64,000 nt of DNA from Okamejei kenojei (Eukaryota): the NCBI GenBank assembly GCA_035221665.1, contig CM069154.1:5146001-5210000 (forward strand), in the 5' to 3' direction. Position 1 is the first letter of the stretch, and each line of letters begins with the position of its first letter. Under the pieces are notes generated by a model. It did no database searches. It was given only the letters and a program-made list of their open reading frames with translations, and was not told the origin of the DNA. The position numbers and the translations under genes were made by a program. Below, piece after piece: positions 52,101-63,181 of the stretch.

Positions 52101-55100
52101 TATATGCACTGCCCAGTAGTAATACGTAAAGTTAGGTAATGATAACCCCCCAACTTCTTTAGGTTTACACAGATGCTTTCGTTGAATTCTGTGTGCTCTA
52201 TAATCCCATATAAAATTAGTGATATTAGAATCTAGTTTTTTGAAAAAATATTTTGGAATATATATTGGGATCGCTTGAAACAAATATATTAATTGTGGTA
52301 AGAAAGTAATTTTTATAGCGTTAATTCTACCTATCAATGACAGCGGTAGCGTTTTCCAAAATTTAATCATAACATTCAGTTTATTTAATAGTGGCATAAA
52401 ATTAGCACTAAATAATGATTTGTGTCTTCTCGTAATTTGAATACCCAAATACTTGAATTTTTCTGTTGCAATTTTGAAAGGAAATTTTAATAAGTGTCTC
52501 ACATCCTGTGGTTTCAAAGACATAATTTTGCTTTTATTCCAATTTATTCTATATCCTGAAAAAGAACCAAATTCCTCGATCAGTGTTAATAAGGTGGGGA
52601 TACTCGTTTGTGTATTAGTAATATATAAAAGAATATCGTCAGCATATAATTAAATTTTATTCTTTGAGTCCTTAGTATTATATCCGTGAATATTTGGATG
52701 ATTTCTAATCCTTTCAGCCAGCGGTTCTATCATAAGGGCAAATAGCAATGGTGATAAGGCACATCCCTGCCTATTACCCCTTGATGAATACAATTTTGGA
52801 GATAACATATTATTAGTCAATATTCTTGCCGTAGGTTTATCATAAAGCAATTTAACCCATCTAATAAAATTCTCTCCCGTGTTCAATTTTTGGAGTACCT
52901 TATATAAATACTGTCATTCTACCTGATCAAATGCCTTCTCTGCATCCAATGTAACGACTGAAATATCTTCAATGTGCTCTTTGTGAGAGTACATTATATT
53001 GAAAAGCCTTCTCGAGTTATTAAGTGATTGTCTTTTAGGTATAAATCCTGTTTGATCCGGGTTTACCAATTTGTTAATATAATTATTCAGTCTTCTTGCT
53101 AGAATCTTTGCTAAAATTTTCTGATCCGTGTTTAGAAGTGATATAGCTCTGTAAGAACCTGGTTCCTCTAAGTCTTTATCTTTTTTTGGTATAAGCGTTA
53201 TTGTTGATTCAGCTAAAGTTTCTGGTAGTTTATTTTCGGTATAAGCCTGCGCGTATAAGTTGAATAATCTTGGTACAATTGACTCCTGAAATTGTTTATA
53301 AAATTCATTGCTAAATCCATCTGGTCCTGGGGTCTTCCCATTTTTCAATGAGTTTATTGTTTGTTTTATTTCTTCACTAGTAATCCGTGCTCCTAATTCC
53401 TCTTGTTCTAAACTATCCAATTTAGAGAGATTGCAATTATCTAAAAAATTTGTAATTTTACTATCATCTGTATTTATTTTAGTTGTGTATAAATTATGAT
53501 AAAATTGGGCAAACCTTTTATTAATATCCTTTGGTAGTGTTAGAAGCTCGCCCTTATCAGATTTAATTTTAGTGATAGTATTTTCCTTTTCTTGTTGCTT
53601 CAGTTGCCTTGCTAATAATTTATGTGGCTTATTCTCAAATTCGAAGTGTGCGTGTTTTGTAATTTGGAATAGTCTTATTACTCTTGCCGATAATATTCTA
53701 TTGAGTTTATATTTCAATAAAGTTATCTTATTATGTTTATCTATGGTGGGTCATTTGCATTGTCCAGATCTAATAATTTTATTTCCTGTTCAATCCTCTG
53801 AAGTTCTCTTTTATTTTCTTTATTTTGAAAACTTTGATAAGAGATTATAACACCGCGGATGTATGCCTTAAAGGTTTCCCATAATAGCGATACAGAAATA
53901 CCCGGCGTCTCATTTATCTCTAAATTTTTTTTTGTTTGTTTTTTTATATACTCATAACCTTGTGGGTTATTTAATATTTGTGCGTTGAATCTCCAAAAAG
54001 GTATTATATACGGCATTCCCTCGATTTTAAGTATAAAAGTCAGTGGTGAATGATCGGAAATAATACTATTATGGTATGATGGTTTAGTCGTATACGGGAT
54101 TAATTTTGTATCCAATAAGAAATAGTCAATTCGTGAGTAAGTTTTATGAACCGATGAGTAAAACGAATATTCCCTTCCAATTGGGTTTGCTATTCTCCAG
54201 ACATCAGTTATGTTATTATTTTTTATATAAGTATTTAAGAATTCACAGGTCTTAGTTTTAACAAGACGCTTCCCTACCTTTATTGATTTATCTAAATATG
54301 GGTCGATAACACAATTGAAATCTCCCCCCATTATTATATTTTGATAATTATGCTCTGCAATTATATCTACTATTTTCTTAAAAAATTGGGGGTTATCAAA
54401 ATTAGGTGCGTAAATATTTATCATAGTTAATGATGTATTATAAATTTCTCCTGTGACTATAACGTATCTTCCCTCTTTATCAGATATAGACTTCTTTAAT
54501 TTAAAAGGTTAAATATTATAATTGCCGTACCTCTTGCTTCAGTCTTAAATGGCCTCCCCTTTATTCTAAGACTGTGGCCCCTGGTTCTGGAGTCGCCCAA
54601 CATTGGGAACATTTTTCCTTCATCGAGCTTGTCCAGTCCTTTTATAATTTTATATGTTTCTATAAGATCCCCACTCATCGTCCTAAACTCCAGTTCAGAG
54701 CCTAGTCTTTTCAATCTTTCCTCATATAACAGTCCCGTCATCCCAGGGATCAATCTCGTGAACCTACGCTGCATTGCCTCAATCACAAGGATGTCCTTCC
54801 TCAAATTAGGAGACCAAAACTGGACACAACATTCCAGATGTGGTCCTACCAGACCCCAATACAACTGCAGAAGAACCTCTCCACTCCTGTACTGAAATCC
54901 TCTTGTAATGAAGTTCATGTGATAGGGGAGAATGAGGCCATTTGGCCCATTTTTGTCTACTCCACCATTCAATCATGGCTGATCTATCTCTCCCTCTCAA
55001 CCCCATTCTCTTCCCTTCTCCCCATATCGCTTGACACCCATACTAATCGAGAACCTATGAATCTTAAAAATACCCAGTGACTTGGCCCTCATTGGAAACA

Positions 55101-58100
55101 CGGTAAAAGCTTTTCCCTGTACGTCGGAACAGACGACAACAATAAACTGAGCTCATGAATCACCAAAGTTTGTGAGACACAAGGAATTGCAGGTGCTGGA
55201 ATCTTGAGCAAAACACAAAGTGCTGGAGTAACTCAGCAGGTCAGGCAGCATCTGTGGAAGGAATGAACGGACGATGTATAGGGTTGGGACCCTTCTTCAG
55301 ATGTTGTGTGTGTGTGGGTGTGACAGTGACGGGCAGGGGGAGAGGGTGAGGGGGCGGTTCCACCCTCCTGCCCCAGTGAGGGGACGGCAGAGGTTCTGGT
55401 CCCGGAGCGATCGTCTTTGGGGAAATGAGCCGCCAGCAGCAGAACCGCCGGTCCCCGTTCACGAGGTCCCCCCCCCCCCCCCCCCCCCCCCAAACACACA
55501 CATACACACACACACTGCTCCTTGGACAGTGGGCTCATGGACCCCAGTAAATGTGCTCTCCCCCTTCACCCCGACCCCCGGCGACGTGGCACCGAATCAC
55601 CGTCAGGACGAGGCAGGGAATTCCCAGGCTGGAATGTTCACATCTGGGAGAGTGAGGAGAGATAGTCAACGTACCTTCAGAAACCTTCAATGAGATGGAG
55701 GTCCTTTCATTGCTTGAAAAGATTCCCTTTTTTACTATCACACACCAGTAGCGTCCTTCATCACTCTTCTCCAGGTTGGCGATGGTTACTGAAAGTATCC
55801 GTTGTGTTTTGTTATCAGTCATCGATGTTCTCCCTTGTCGTGGGTCATCAGTAGAAACCACGGTCTTAGATAACAGGTAATAATCACCTTTACTCCATAG
55901 CTTCCTGTTGTCACTGTATTCCTGACCATACCGACATTCCACAGTGACCGACTGCCCCAACTCTCCCCTCACCTCCTTGGGTCCAGTTATTCCCCTTGAC
56001 CCTGTTGGCACATTAATGATGAAAGATCACTCACACTGCAGCAACACAAGCTGAGGTTTAACAATAAAAAACATGTCATTTGTGCTGTTCAGACAGGTTC
56101 ATGGTTTTGCATAGATCATGTGTAGCAAGGAACTGCAGGTGCTGGTTTACACCAAAGATTGACACAAAGTGCTGGAGTAACTCGGCAGGTAGACAAAAAT
56201 GCTGGAGAAACTCAGCTGGTGAGGGCGGAAGCATCTATGGAGTGAAGGAAATAGGCGACGTTTCGGGTCAAGACCCTTCTTCAGACTGATGGCAGATCAG
56301 GCAGCATCTCTGGAGTAAAAGGGTAGGTGGCCTTTTCGGGTCGGGACCATTCTTGATCTCCTGGTTGCCAACCCTGTCAACATCCCTTCCCATTCCCACA
56401 CTGACCTGTCTGTCCTGGGCCTCCTCCATTGCCAGAGTGAGGCCACATGCAGGTTGGAGGAACCGCACCTCATATTACGCTCAGGTAGTTTACAACCCAA
56501 CGGTTTGAACGTTGAATTCTCTAATTTTAACTATCTTCTACTAACCTGCGCCCTCCCCTTCCCCCTTGACCCCTTTTTCCACCCTGGTGGGTGAGGGGCC
56601 GGTTTTCCCCCACCTGCCCCAGTGAGGGGGCGGCAGAGGTTCTGGTCCCGGAGCGATCGTCTTTGGGGAAATGAGCCTCAGCAGCAGAACCGCCGGTAGC
56701 TGGGACCTTCCGTGGGGCTGGTGTCTGACATCCCCCCCCTATACTGCTCCTGGGACAGTGGGCCCTTCATGTGGCTCCACGGGCCGGGAGCCCAGTAAAT
56801 GATGTATGCACCACCACCACCCCCCCCCCCCCCCCCCCCTGTCCACCTCGACCCCCGGGGATGTGGCACCGAGTCACCATCAGGACTGAGGCCGAAATTC
56901 CCAGGCTGGAATTTTCATATCTGGGAGTGTGAGGAGAGACCGTCAACGTACCTTCAGAAACCATCAATGAGATGGGGGTCAATTCATTGTGTGAATGTTT
57001 TCCCTTTGCTATCACACACCAGTAGTGTCCTTCATCACTCTTCTCCAGGTTGTCGATGGTTACTGAAACGATCTGTTGTGTTTTGTCATCAGTTATCGAT
57101 GTTCTCCCTTGTCGTGGGTCATCAGTAGAAACCACGGTAGAAGATGACTGGTAATCATCACCTTTACTCCACAGCTTGTTGTAATCTCTATATTTCGAAT
57201 CATACTGACATTCCACAGTGACCGACTGCCCCAACTCTCCCCTCACCTCCTCGGGTTCAGTTTCTCCCCTTGACCCTGTGGGCACATTAATGATGAAAGA
57301 TCACTCACACTGCAGCAACACAAGCTGAGGTTTAAGTAAGTAAGTAAGTAAGTAAGTTTATTGGCCAAGTATTCACATACAAGGAATTTGCCTTGGTGCT
57401 CCGCCCACACGTAACAACATGACATACAGTGACAGTTACGAATCACTCAGAAAATACTAAACATTAATAATAATAAAACATTAATGACAAAACACCATTG
57501 ATCAAGCATGTGAACCAACAAAATATCAGATCAAAGGGAGGCTACAGATTTTTGGCTGTTGAGTAGAGCAACTACTCGTGGATAAAAACAGTTTTTATGT
57601 GGCAGCTTTGACAGCCCGGAGTCGCCTTCCAGAGGGAAGTGATTCAAAGAGTTTGTGGCCAGGGTGAGAGGGGTCAGAGATGATCTTGCCTGCTCGCTTC
57701 CTGGCCCTTGCAGTGTACAGTTCATCAATGGAGGGAAGGTTGCAGCCAATAACCTTCTCAGCTGATCGGACGATTCGTTGCAGCCTCCAGGTGTCGTGCT
57801 TGGTGGCTGAGCCAAACCAGACCATGATGGAGAAGGTGAGAACAGACTCTACGATGGCCGTGTAGAATTGGACCATCATTGCCTGTGGCAGATTGTGCTT
57901 CCTCAGCTGCCGTAGGAAGTACATCCTCTGTTGTGCCTTTTTGACTGTGGAGTTGATGGTCGCCCCACACTTAAGGTCCTTGGAGGTGATGGTTCCTAGG
58001 AACTTAAACGACTCCACAGATGTGACTGTGGTGTTGTTGATGGTGAGTGGGGTGAGGGGAGGGGGAGCTCTCCTAAAGTCTACAATCAATTCCACTGTCT

Positions 58101-61100
58101 TAAGAGCATTGAGCTCTAGGTTGTTGCTACAGCACCAGGATGCCAGCTGTGACACTTCCTGTCTGTAAGCAGATTTCTCCCCATCCTGGATCAGTCTAAT
58201 CAGGGTTGTATCGTCCGCAAACTTGGGAAGTTTGGCAGAGGAGTCTGTAGAGGTGCAGTCATTGGTGCAGAGAGAGTAGAGGAGAGGGGAGAGTACGCAG
58301 CCTTGCGGTGCCTTGCTGAGCGTTTGCGGGTTCGAGGTGCTTTCCCAGCCTCACATGCTGCTTCCTGTCTGTCAGGAAGCTGGTGATCCACCGACAGAGG
58401 GGTTCAGGCACAGTCAACTTGGAAAGTTTGGAGTGTAGTAGCTCTGGCACAATGGTGTTGAATGCAGAGCTAAAATCAATAAACAGGATCCTCGCATAGG
58501 TCCCCTGGTGGTCTAGGATGAAGTGCAGGCCCAGGTTGACTGCATCATCCACAGATCTATTGGCCCGATATGCAAATTGCAGAGGGTCCAGCAGGGGGTT
58601 TGTGATATTTTTCAGCTTGGCCAGCACATGCCTTTAGAGTGTCTTCATGACTACAGAGGTCAGTGTGACAGGCCTGTAGTCATTAAGACAAGTAATCCTT
58701 GCCTTTTTGGGTGCAGTGACAATAGTGGAGACTTTGAAGCAGGCAGGGACAGTACATATTTCCAGGGACTGGTTTAAAAATGTCTGTGTAGACCGGTGCC
58801 AGCTGTTTGGCACAGAGCTTATGAGTCGAGGGGGAAACATTGTCAAGTCCTGGAGATTTCCGGCTTTTTTGTCCTCTGAAATGCCTCTCCTCCTCCTCTA
58901 TTTTTATTGTTGATATTTGATAAGTTATGTTTTGCAGCACAGAGGGTGTGGGTGATTTGGTGTGAAGTGGTGATTGGAGGGGGGTGGACGTAGAAGGGCC
59001 CAGTCTTTGTGAGTGGGTGTGAAGTGACAGTATTTTTCATACTGGAGTCTTGCCTTAAGTAGGTGTGAAGTGGTGAATGGGAAGGAGAGGATGCCGGGTC
59101 CATTCTTTGTAGACTGGGGTCTGGCTGGGTTGGTTGGTTGGTTAACAATAAAAAACATGTAATTTGTGCTGTTCAGACAGCTTCATGGTTTCGCAAAGAT
59201 CATGTGCAGCAAGGAACTGAAGGTGCTGGTTTACACCAAAGATAGACACAAAGAGCTGGAGTAACTCAGCGGGACAGGCAGCATCTCTGGAGAAACCGAC
59301 GGGTTTCAATCTCACTACAATAGTGTTCAATCTCACTACAACCCACATCCCCATTGAACTAGTAGAAACAAGGAACTGCAGATGCTGGTTAATACACAAA
59401 AGGACACAAAGTGCTGGAGTAACTCAACGGGTCAGGAACTATCTCTGGAGAAAGTGGATAGGTGACGATTCATAGAAATATATAACCATTGAAAATAGGC
59501 GCAGGAAGTAGGCAATTCGGCCCTTCGAGCCAGCAGTGCCATTCAATATGATTTTCAATCAAAGACTTTATTGTCATTCACAAATACACCAACAACTTCA
59601 AGTTGGAACGAAATTTCGTTGCATCTGGCTCACCGTGCAACATAAAATAACAAAAGGATAAAATATATGAAAAGATAAAATAGATAAAAAGATGAAATAG
59701 ATAATAGTGGCGGCACATTATATGGAATTCAAGAGTCTGATGGCTCGGGGGAAGAAGCTGTTGCAGAACCTGGCCGTTCACTCCTTATACTGCGATACCT
59801 TTTGCCCGAGGGCAGCAGAGTGAACAGTCCATGATGGAGATGTGTGGGGTCTTTTATAATGCTGTTGGCCTTGGACAAGCAACGTTTGCACGCAATGTCC
59901 CGGATTGAAGGAAGAGAAGTCCCGATGATTTTTTCAGCCGTCCTCACCACTCTCTGCACGGACTTCCAGTCGGAGGCTTTGCAGTCCCCAAACCAGACAG
60001 ATGCAGCTGGTCAAAATGCTCTCTATGGTGCCCCTGTAGAAAGTGGTGAGGACGGGATGGGGAGGTGAGCTCTTCTCATCCGGCGCAGAAAGTGCAAACG
60101 CTGCTGCGCTCTCTTTACTAGTGATGCGATGTTTTGTGACAAGGTCAGGCTGTTCATGGCTGATCATCCAAAATCAGTACCCTCTTCTGCTTGCTCCCCC
60201 TATCCCATGATTCTATTAGCCCTAAGAGCTATATCTAACTCTCTTGAATACATCCAGTGAATTGGCCTCCACTGCCCTCTGTGGCAAAGAATTCTACAGA
60301 TTCACAACTCTGGGTGAAAAGGTTTTTCCTCATCTGGCCTTCCCCTAATTCAGGTCTCAACCCAAAACGTCACCTATCGATGTTCTCCAGAGATGCTGCC
60401 TGACCTGCTGCCTTACTCCAGCACTTTGTGCTTTACTAAAGCTGAATAGCCAGCTGCCTGTGGTGTCAGTGGTGACTCAGCAGGTCAGGCAGCATCTGTG
60501 GAGAACATGGATAGGTGACGTTTCAAGTCAAGACCATGAGATACTGCCTGACCTACTGACTTATGTCAGCACTTTGTGCCCCATTGAACTAAAGTTCCCG
60601 GCCTGTGGTGGAAGCTGGATCTGCCACTGATGTTTCAAACTCCACGTCCACCTGGAATAATTATGATGTGTCTTTTTCACACAAAGGGTGGTGGGTGTAT
60701 GGATGAAGCTGCCAGAGGAGGTAATTGAGGCAGGGACTATCCCATCATTTAAGAAACAGTTAGACAGGTACATGCAGGACCGGCCTTAGGAGTTGTGGGG
60801 CCCAAGTGGTAACTATTTTGTTGAGCCCCAGGTTCCCAGCCAAGGTCTAGATTCATAGAAATATAATTAAAGTCTATTCTGGACTTTATATCTCTATGGT
60901 AGAATGCAAAGTAATCAACATTTGCACTTAAAAAGTGCATGCGACTTAATGGACCAAACTGATCTAAGCTACATTTTAATATAAAATTGCATACATGTAA
61001 GCCTACAAGTAACAAACAAAATGTGTAGATCACCTCTGAAAAGTACATAGTTACAATACCACTTGTTTTAGTGACTGTAGAAATGATAAAAAAGTAATTT

Positions 61101-63181
61101 AATTAAATAGATCCTGGAAAACCAATAACATTGGTGAAAAACCAATCCAGGCATTAGATTTTGGGCTTCAGCCCCATCCTACCCTTTGGGCTTCTACCCC
61201 ATCCTAACTTAGTTGTGTGTGTTAGTTGTCTGTGCATGATGTGTGTGTGGGAGGGAAGGAGAGAAGGGAGGGAGAGGGCCCGTGGCGGGAGCTGAGGCCG
61301 GGGTCCGGGCGGATGGGTGTGAGCTGAGGCCGATGTTTGTAAACGTCGCTCCAACCCCCGGCCCGGCCCTCCCTGTATTGTTCACCGCGTCTCCCCGGGG
61401 AGAGAGAGGGGTGGAGCTGGGGCTGTGTGGGAAGCACGGCGACTGGAGGGGCGGGAGCGCTGCCGTGAGCGAACGACCCACCTCTCCCTCTCCCCCTTCT
61501 TCCCCTCCTCCGTTCCCCCTCCCCGTCTACCCCTTTCTTCCCCCTCCACCCCTCTACTCTCTCTCCGCCCCTCTCTCCCCCCCTCCACCCGGGGTACATC
61601 TACCTGAGCCGAGAGTAGATAACTCTGGCGTGGGGCCCCCTTACTCGCGGGGCCCAATTGGGAGCAATCGGTCCAATCGGCTTAAGGCCGGCCCTGGGTA
61701 CATGGATAGGACAGGTTTGTAGGGACATGGACCTAACATGGACAGGTGGGACTAGTGTTGCTGAGACATGTTGGCCGGTGTGGGCAAGTTGGGCTGAAGG
61801 GCCTGTTTCTACACTGTATCACTATGACTCTAACACATGTGAAACTCTGCAGATTCAGGATCTGGGATGGAGACACATGATCAGATCAGTCCAGGTCCGC
61901 TCACAAGCCACAAGACAAATGCCTTGAAGGAGAACTCAGAGGCTGGGGAAAGCACAGTGTGGAGAACAGCTCGAGCAGCAGAGTCTGTAAAGCAGCTGTT
62001 TTTTTCTCAGGAGAGATTACCTCAACTTCTCCAAATGCTAAATTGGACAGTCACTCTGGTGCTTCCTCATTTGAGATGCCCACCTGTTCCCAATGGCTGG
62101 CTCTCACAGGTTTTTTCTTTGAATGTGCTAAGATTTAGATTCAACATTTCCCATTGCAGTGCGTGGAGGGAGTGCCGTGTGTCTTTGATGGACACTAAAT
62201 GCTGGAGTAACTCAGCGGGTCAGGCGGCATCTCTGGAGAGAAGCAATGGGTGATGTTTCAGGTCGAGACCCTTCTTCAGACCAACAGTCAGCGAGGGAGG
62301 AAGTCAAGAGATATGCAAGTGGTAAAGCATTTAGCTGATCTGCTGTCAAGTCACTGAGAAAGTTCACCTGGAGATAGTTTGCACCAGAATAGTGGAGCAA
62401 ACTCTCTGGTCCAGGGCAAGAGTTACCCCAACACCCAAGATCAACAAGGCCAGCTGTCGGATCATTTTCTACAGGGAGTTAGCTGTGTGCAATTTGGCTG
62501 CGCACAGCATCACAACAGTCATTAGTGCAGGAAAGAACAAGTCTGCAAGCACTTTATCTTTAGCAGCTCGTAGCCCAGTAGTCTGCTCTGTGGCTCAAAA
62601 TAATTCAAGGTGTTAGTAAATAATTCTGAAGAACAGATCATAAGTTAATTAGTACTAGGAGCAGAATTAGGCCATTTGGCCCATCAAGTCTACTCTCCAC
62701 CATTCAATCATGGCTGATCTATCTTTCTGTCTTCTCCCAGGACTCCTAACACCAGTACTGATCAAGAATCGATCTATCTCGGCCTTAGAAATATCTATAG
62801 ACAGCCTCCACAGCCTTCTGTAGCAATGAATTCCACAGATTCACCACCTAACTAAAGAAATTCCTCCCCATCTCCTTCCTAAAGGAACGTTCTTTAATTC
62901 TGAGGCTGTGACCTCTGATCCTAGACTCTCCGCAAGTGGAAACATCCTCCACCATCCACTCTATCCAGGCCTTTCACTATTTGGTAAGTTTCAGTGAGGT
63001 CCACAAGGCAAGGCAAGCTGCAGATATTCAAGGCAATGGTATATAATTCTAAAGGACAGAGCATTTTGTAAAACAACGATTTACCTGATGTGAGACCAAC
63101 AGCGACAAGAACCAACAGAGCGACTGTTCCCCTGGATCTGGGCCGTTTCTGGTGGGTGAATTCTCCCTGTCCCACCGCCAT
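39904..63181 (-). CDS. CD300/CMRF35/pIgR-like type I membrane receptor, copy B, 6 exons, 419 aa, apparently intact
   Basis: Exons 63085-63181, 56952-57275, 55675-56001, 49868-50009, 48853-48960 and 39904-40165 all have GT/AG boundaries with compatible intron phases (1,1,1,2,2). Lengths 97+324+327+142+108+262=1260 nt, with no internal stop. Confidence 0.85.
41387..47984 (-). mobile_element. 5'-truncated L2/CR1-group LINE inserted in Tc1 and itself split by DIRS
   Basis: PLHKGGDPHDI|NNYRPIS, FLDLTKAFD, YADDT, KYLGVWLD. aagt duplicated at the junctions. Confidence 0.85.
42780..47716 (-). mobile_element. Full-length DIRS1-like tyrosine-recombinase retrotransposon (frameshifted)
   Basis: Gag-like 46317-47438; RT/RNase H 44828-46207 (LPNGLSSAPRLFTK, YLDD, INYLELL); methyltransferase-like 44315-44770 (DLFASRLN, YAFPPF); YR 43420-44318 (AQRVQTL, HSTRAAATS). 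36-bp inverted repeats 42853-42888 and 47653-47688; ICR 43008-43120. Confidence 0.95.
48853..48960 (-). CDS. Copy B exon 5: transmembrane segment with an intramembrane Arg
   Basis: RDIVLNVRRVWGVLRWVLFGVLLLFLASISCVTTFK. Acceptor atttccag, donor AG|gtaaaa, 108 nt, phase 2-2. Too short to appear in the ORF track. Confidence 0.85.
49868..50009 (-). CDS. Copy B exon 4: Ser/Thr/Pro-rich mucin-like stalk
   Basis: GSQTNRPDMVITTSTTISTRALTTLPQDAPTTEAASSTESPGSILSN. Acceptor tttatctccacaag, donor AG|gttggt (gttagt in copy A), phase 1-2. Confidence 0.82.
51008..54539 (-). mobile_element. L1-like LINE (most of ORF2), unit-B specific, inserted in a CR1 fragment
   Basis: NIYAPN, GGDFNC, SRIDYF, SDHSP, KTPGPDGF, DAEKAFD, RQGCALSP, CDKC. 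TSD cagtctt. The host CR1 is uninterrupted in unit A (~12559). Confidence 0.92.
54540..54915 (-). mobile_element. CR1 fragment (continues 50745-51007 across the L1)
   Basis: LVGPHLECCVQFWSP...RTRGHSLRIKG. Confidence 0.88.
55675..56001 (-). CDS. Copy B exon 3: V-set Ig domain D2
   Basis: ITGPKEVRGELGQSVTVECRY...KLWSKG...RTSMTDNKTQRILSVTIANLEKSDEGRYWC, a typical CD300/pIgR-like V domain. 327 nt, phase 1-1. Confidence 0.93.
56250..56288 (-). ncRNA. Minimal hammerhead ribozyme motif in the D1-D2 intron, sense to the gene
   Basis: Minus strand reads AGU-CUGAAGA-A-GGGUC-UU-GACCC-GAAACGUC^GCC. Core intact, stem I weak. Confidence 0.5.
56952..57275 (-). CDS. Copy B exon 2: V-set Ig domain D1
   Basis: GQSVTVECQY...KLWSKG...SVTIDNLEKSDEGHYWC: B-strand Cys, C-strand Trp and DxGxYWC motif. 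Acceptor cccacag, donor G|gtacgt, 324 nt, phase 1-1. Confidence 0.93.
57334..59143 (-). mobile_element. Rex1/Babar-like LINE, 5' truncated, in intron 1
   Basis: [39 protein letters not shown], (ACTT)n tail. It splits the intron motif gaggttt|aacaataaaaaacatg, which is contiguous upstream of D2. Confidence 0.9.
60775..61696. mobile_element. Non-autonomous hAT-like DNA transposon (MITE), unit B
   Basis: TIR caggaccggcctta...taaggccggccctg, 8-bp TSD ggtacatg (60767-60774, 61697-61704). Confidence 0.85.
63085..63181 (-). CDS. Copy B exon 1: signal peptide MAVGQGEFTHQKRPRSRGTVALLVLVAVGLTS
   Basis: ATG in gacATGg context, basic n-region plus hydrophobic core, donor CAG|gtaaat in phase 1 matching the Ig exon. 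Confidence 0.85.

Noticed and set aside
55675-57275. Assigning the symbol PIGR or a specific CD300 gene
   Set aside because: Orthology cannot be shown without a tree, and the missing C-C' cysteines, TM Arg and recent internal duplication argue against true pIgR.
55535-57285. Ig V exons as rearranging Ig/TCR/IgNAR V segments
   Set aside because: Each exon includes its own G strand and ends at a splice donor; there is no heptamer/nonamer RSS and no D, J or C segments.
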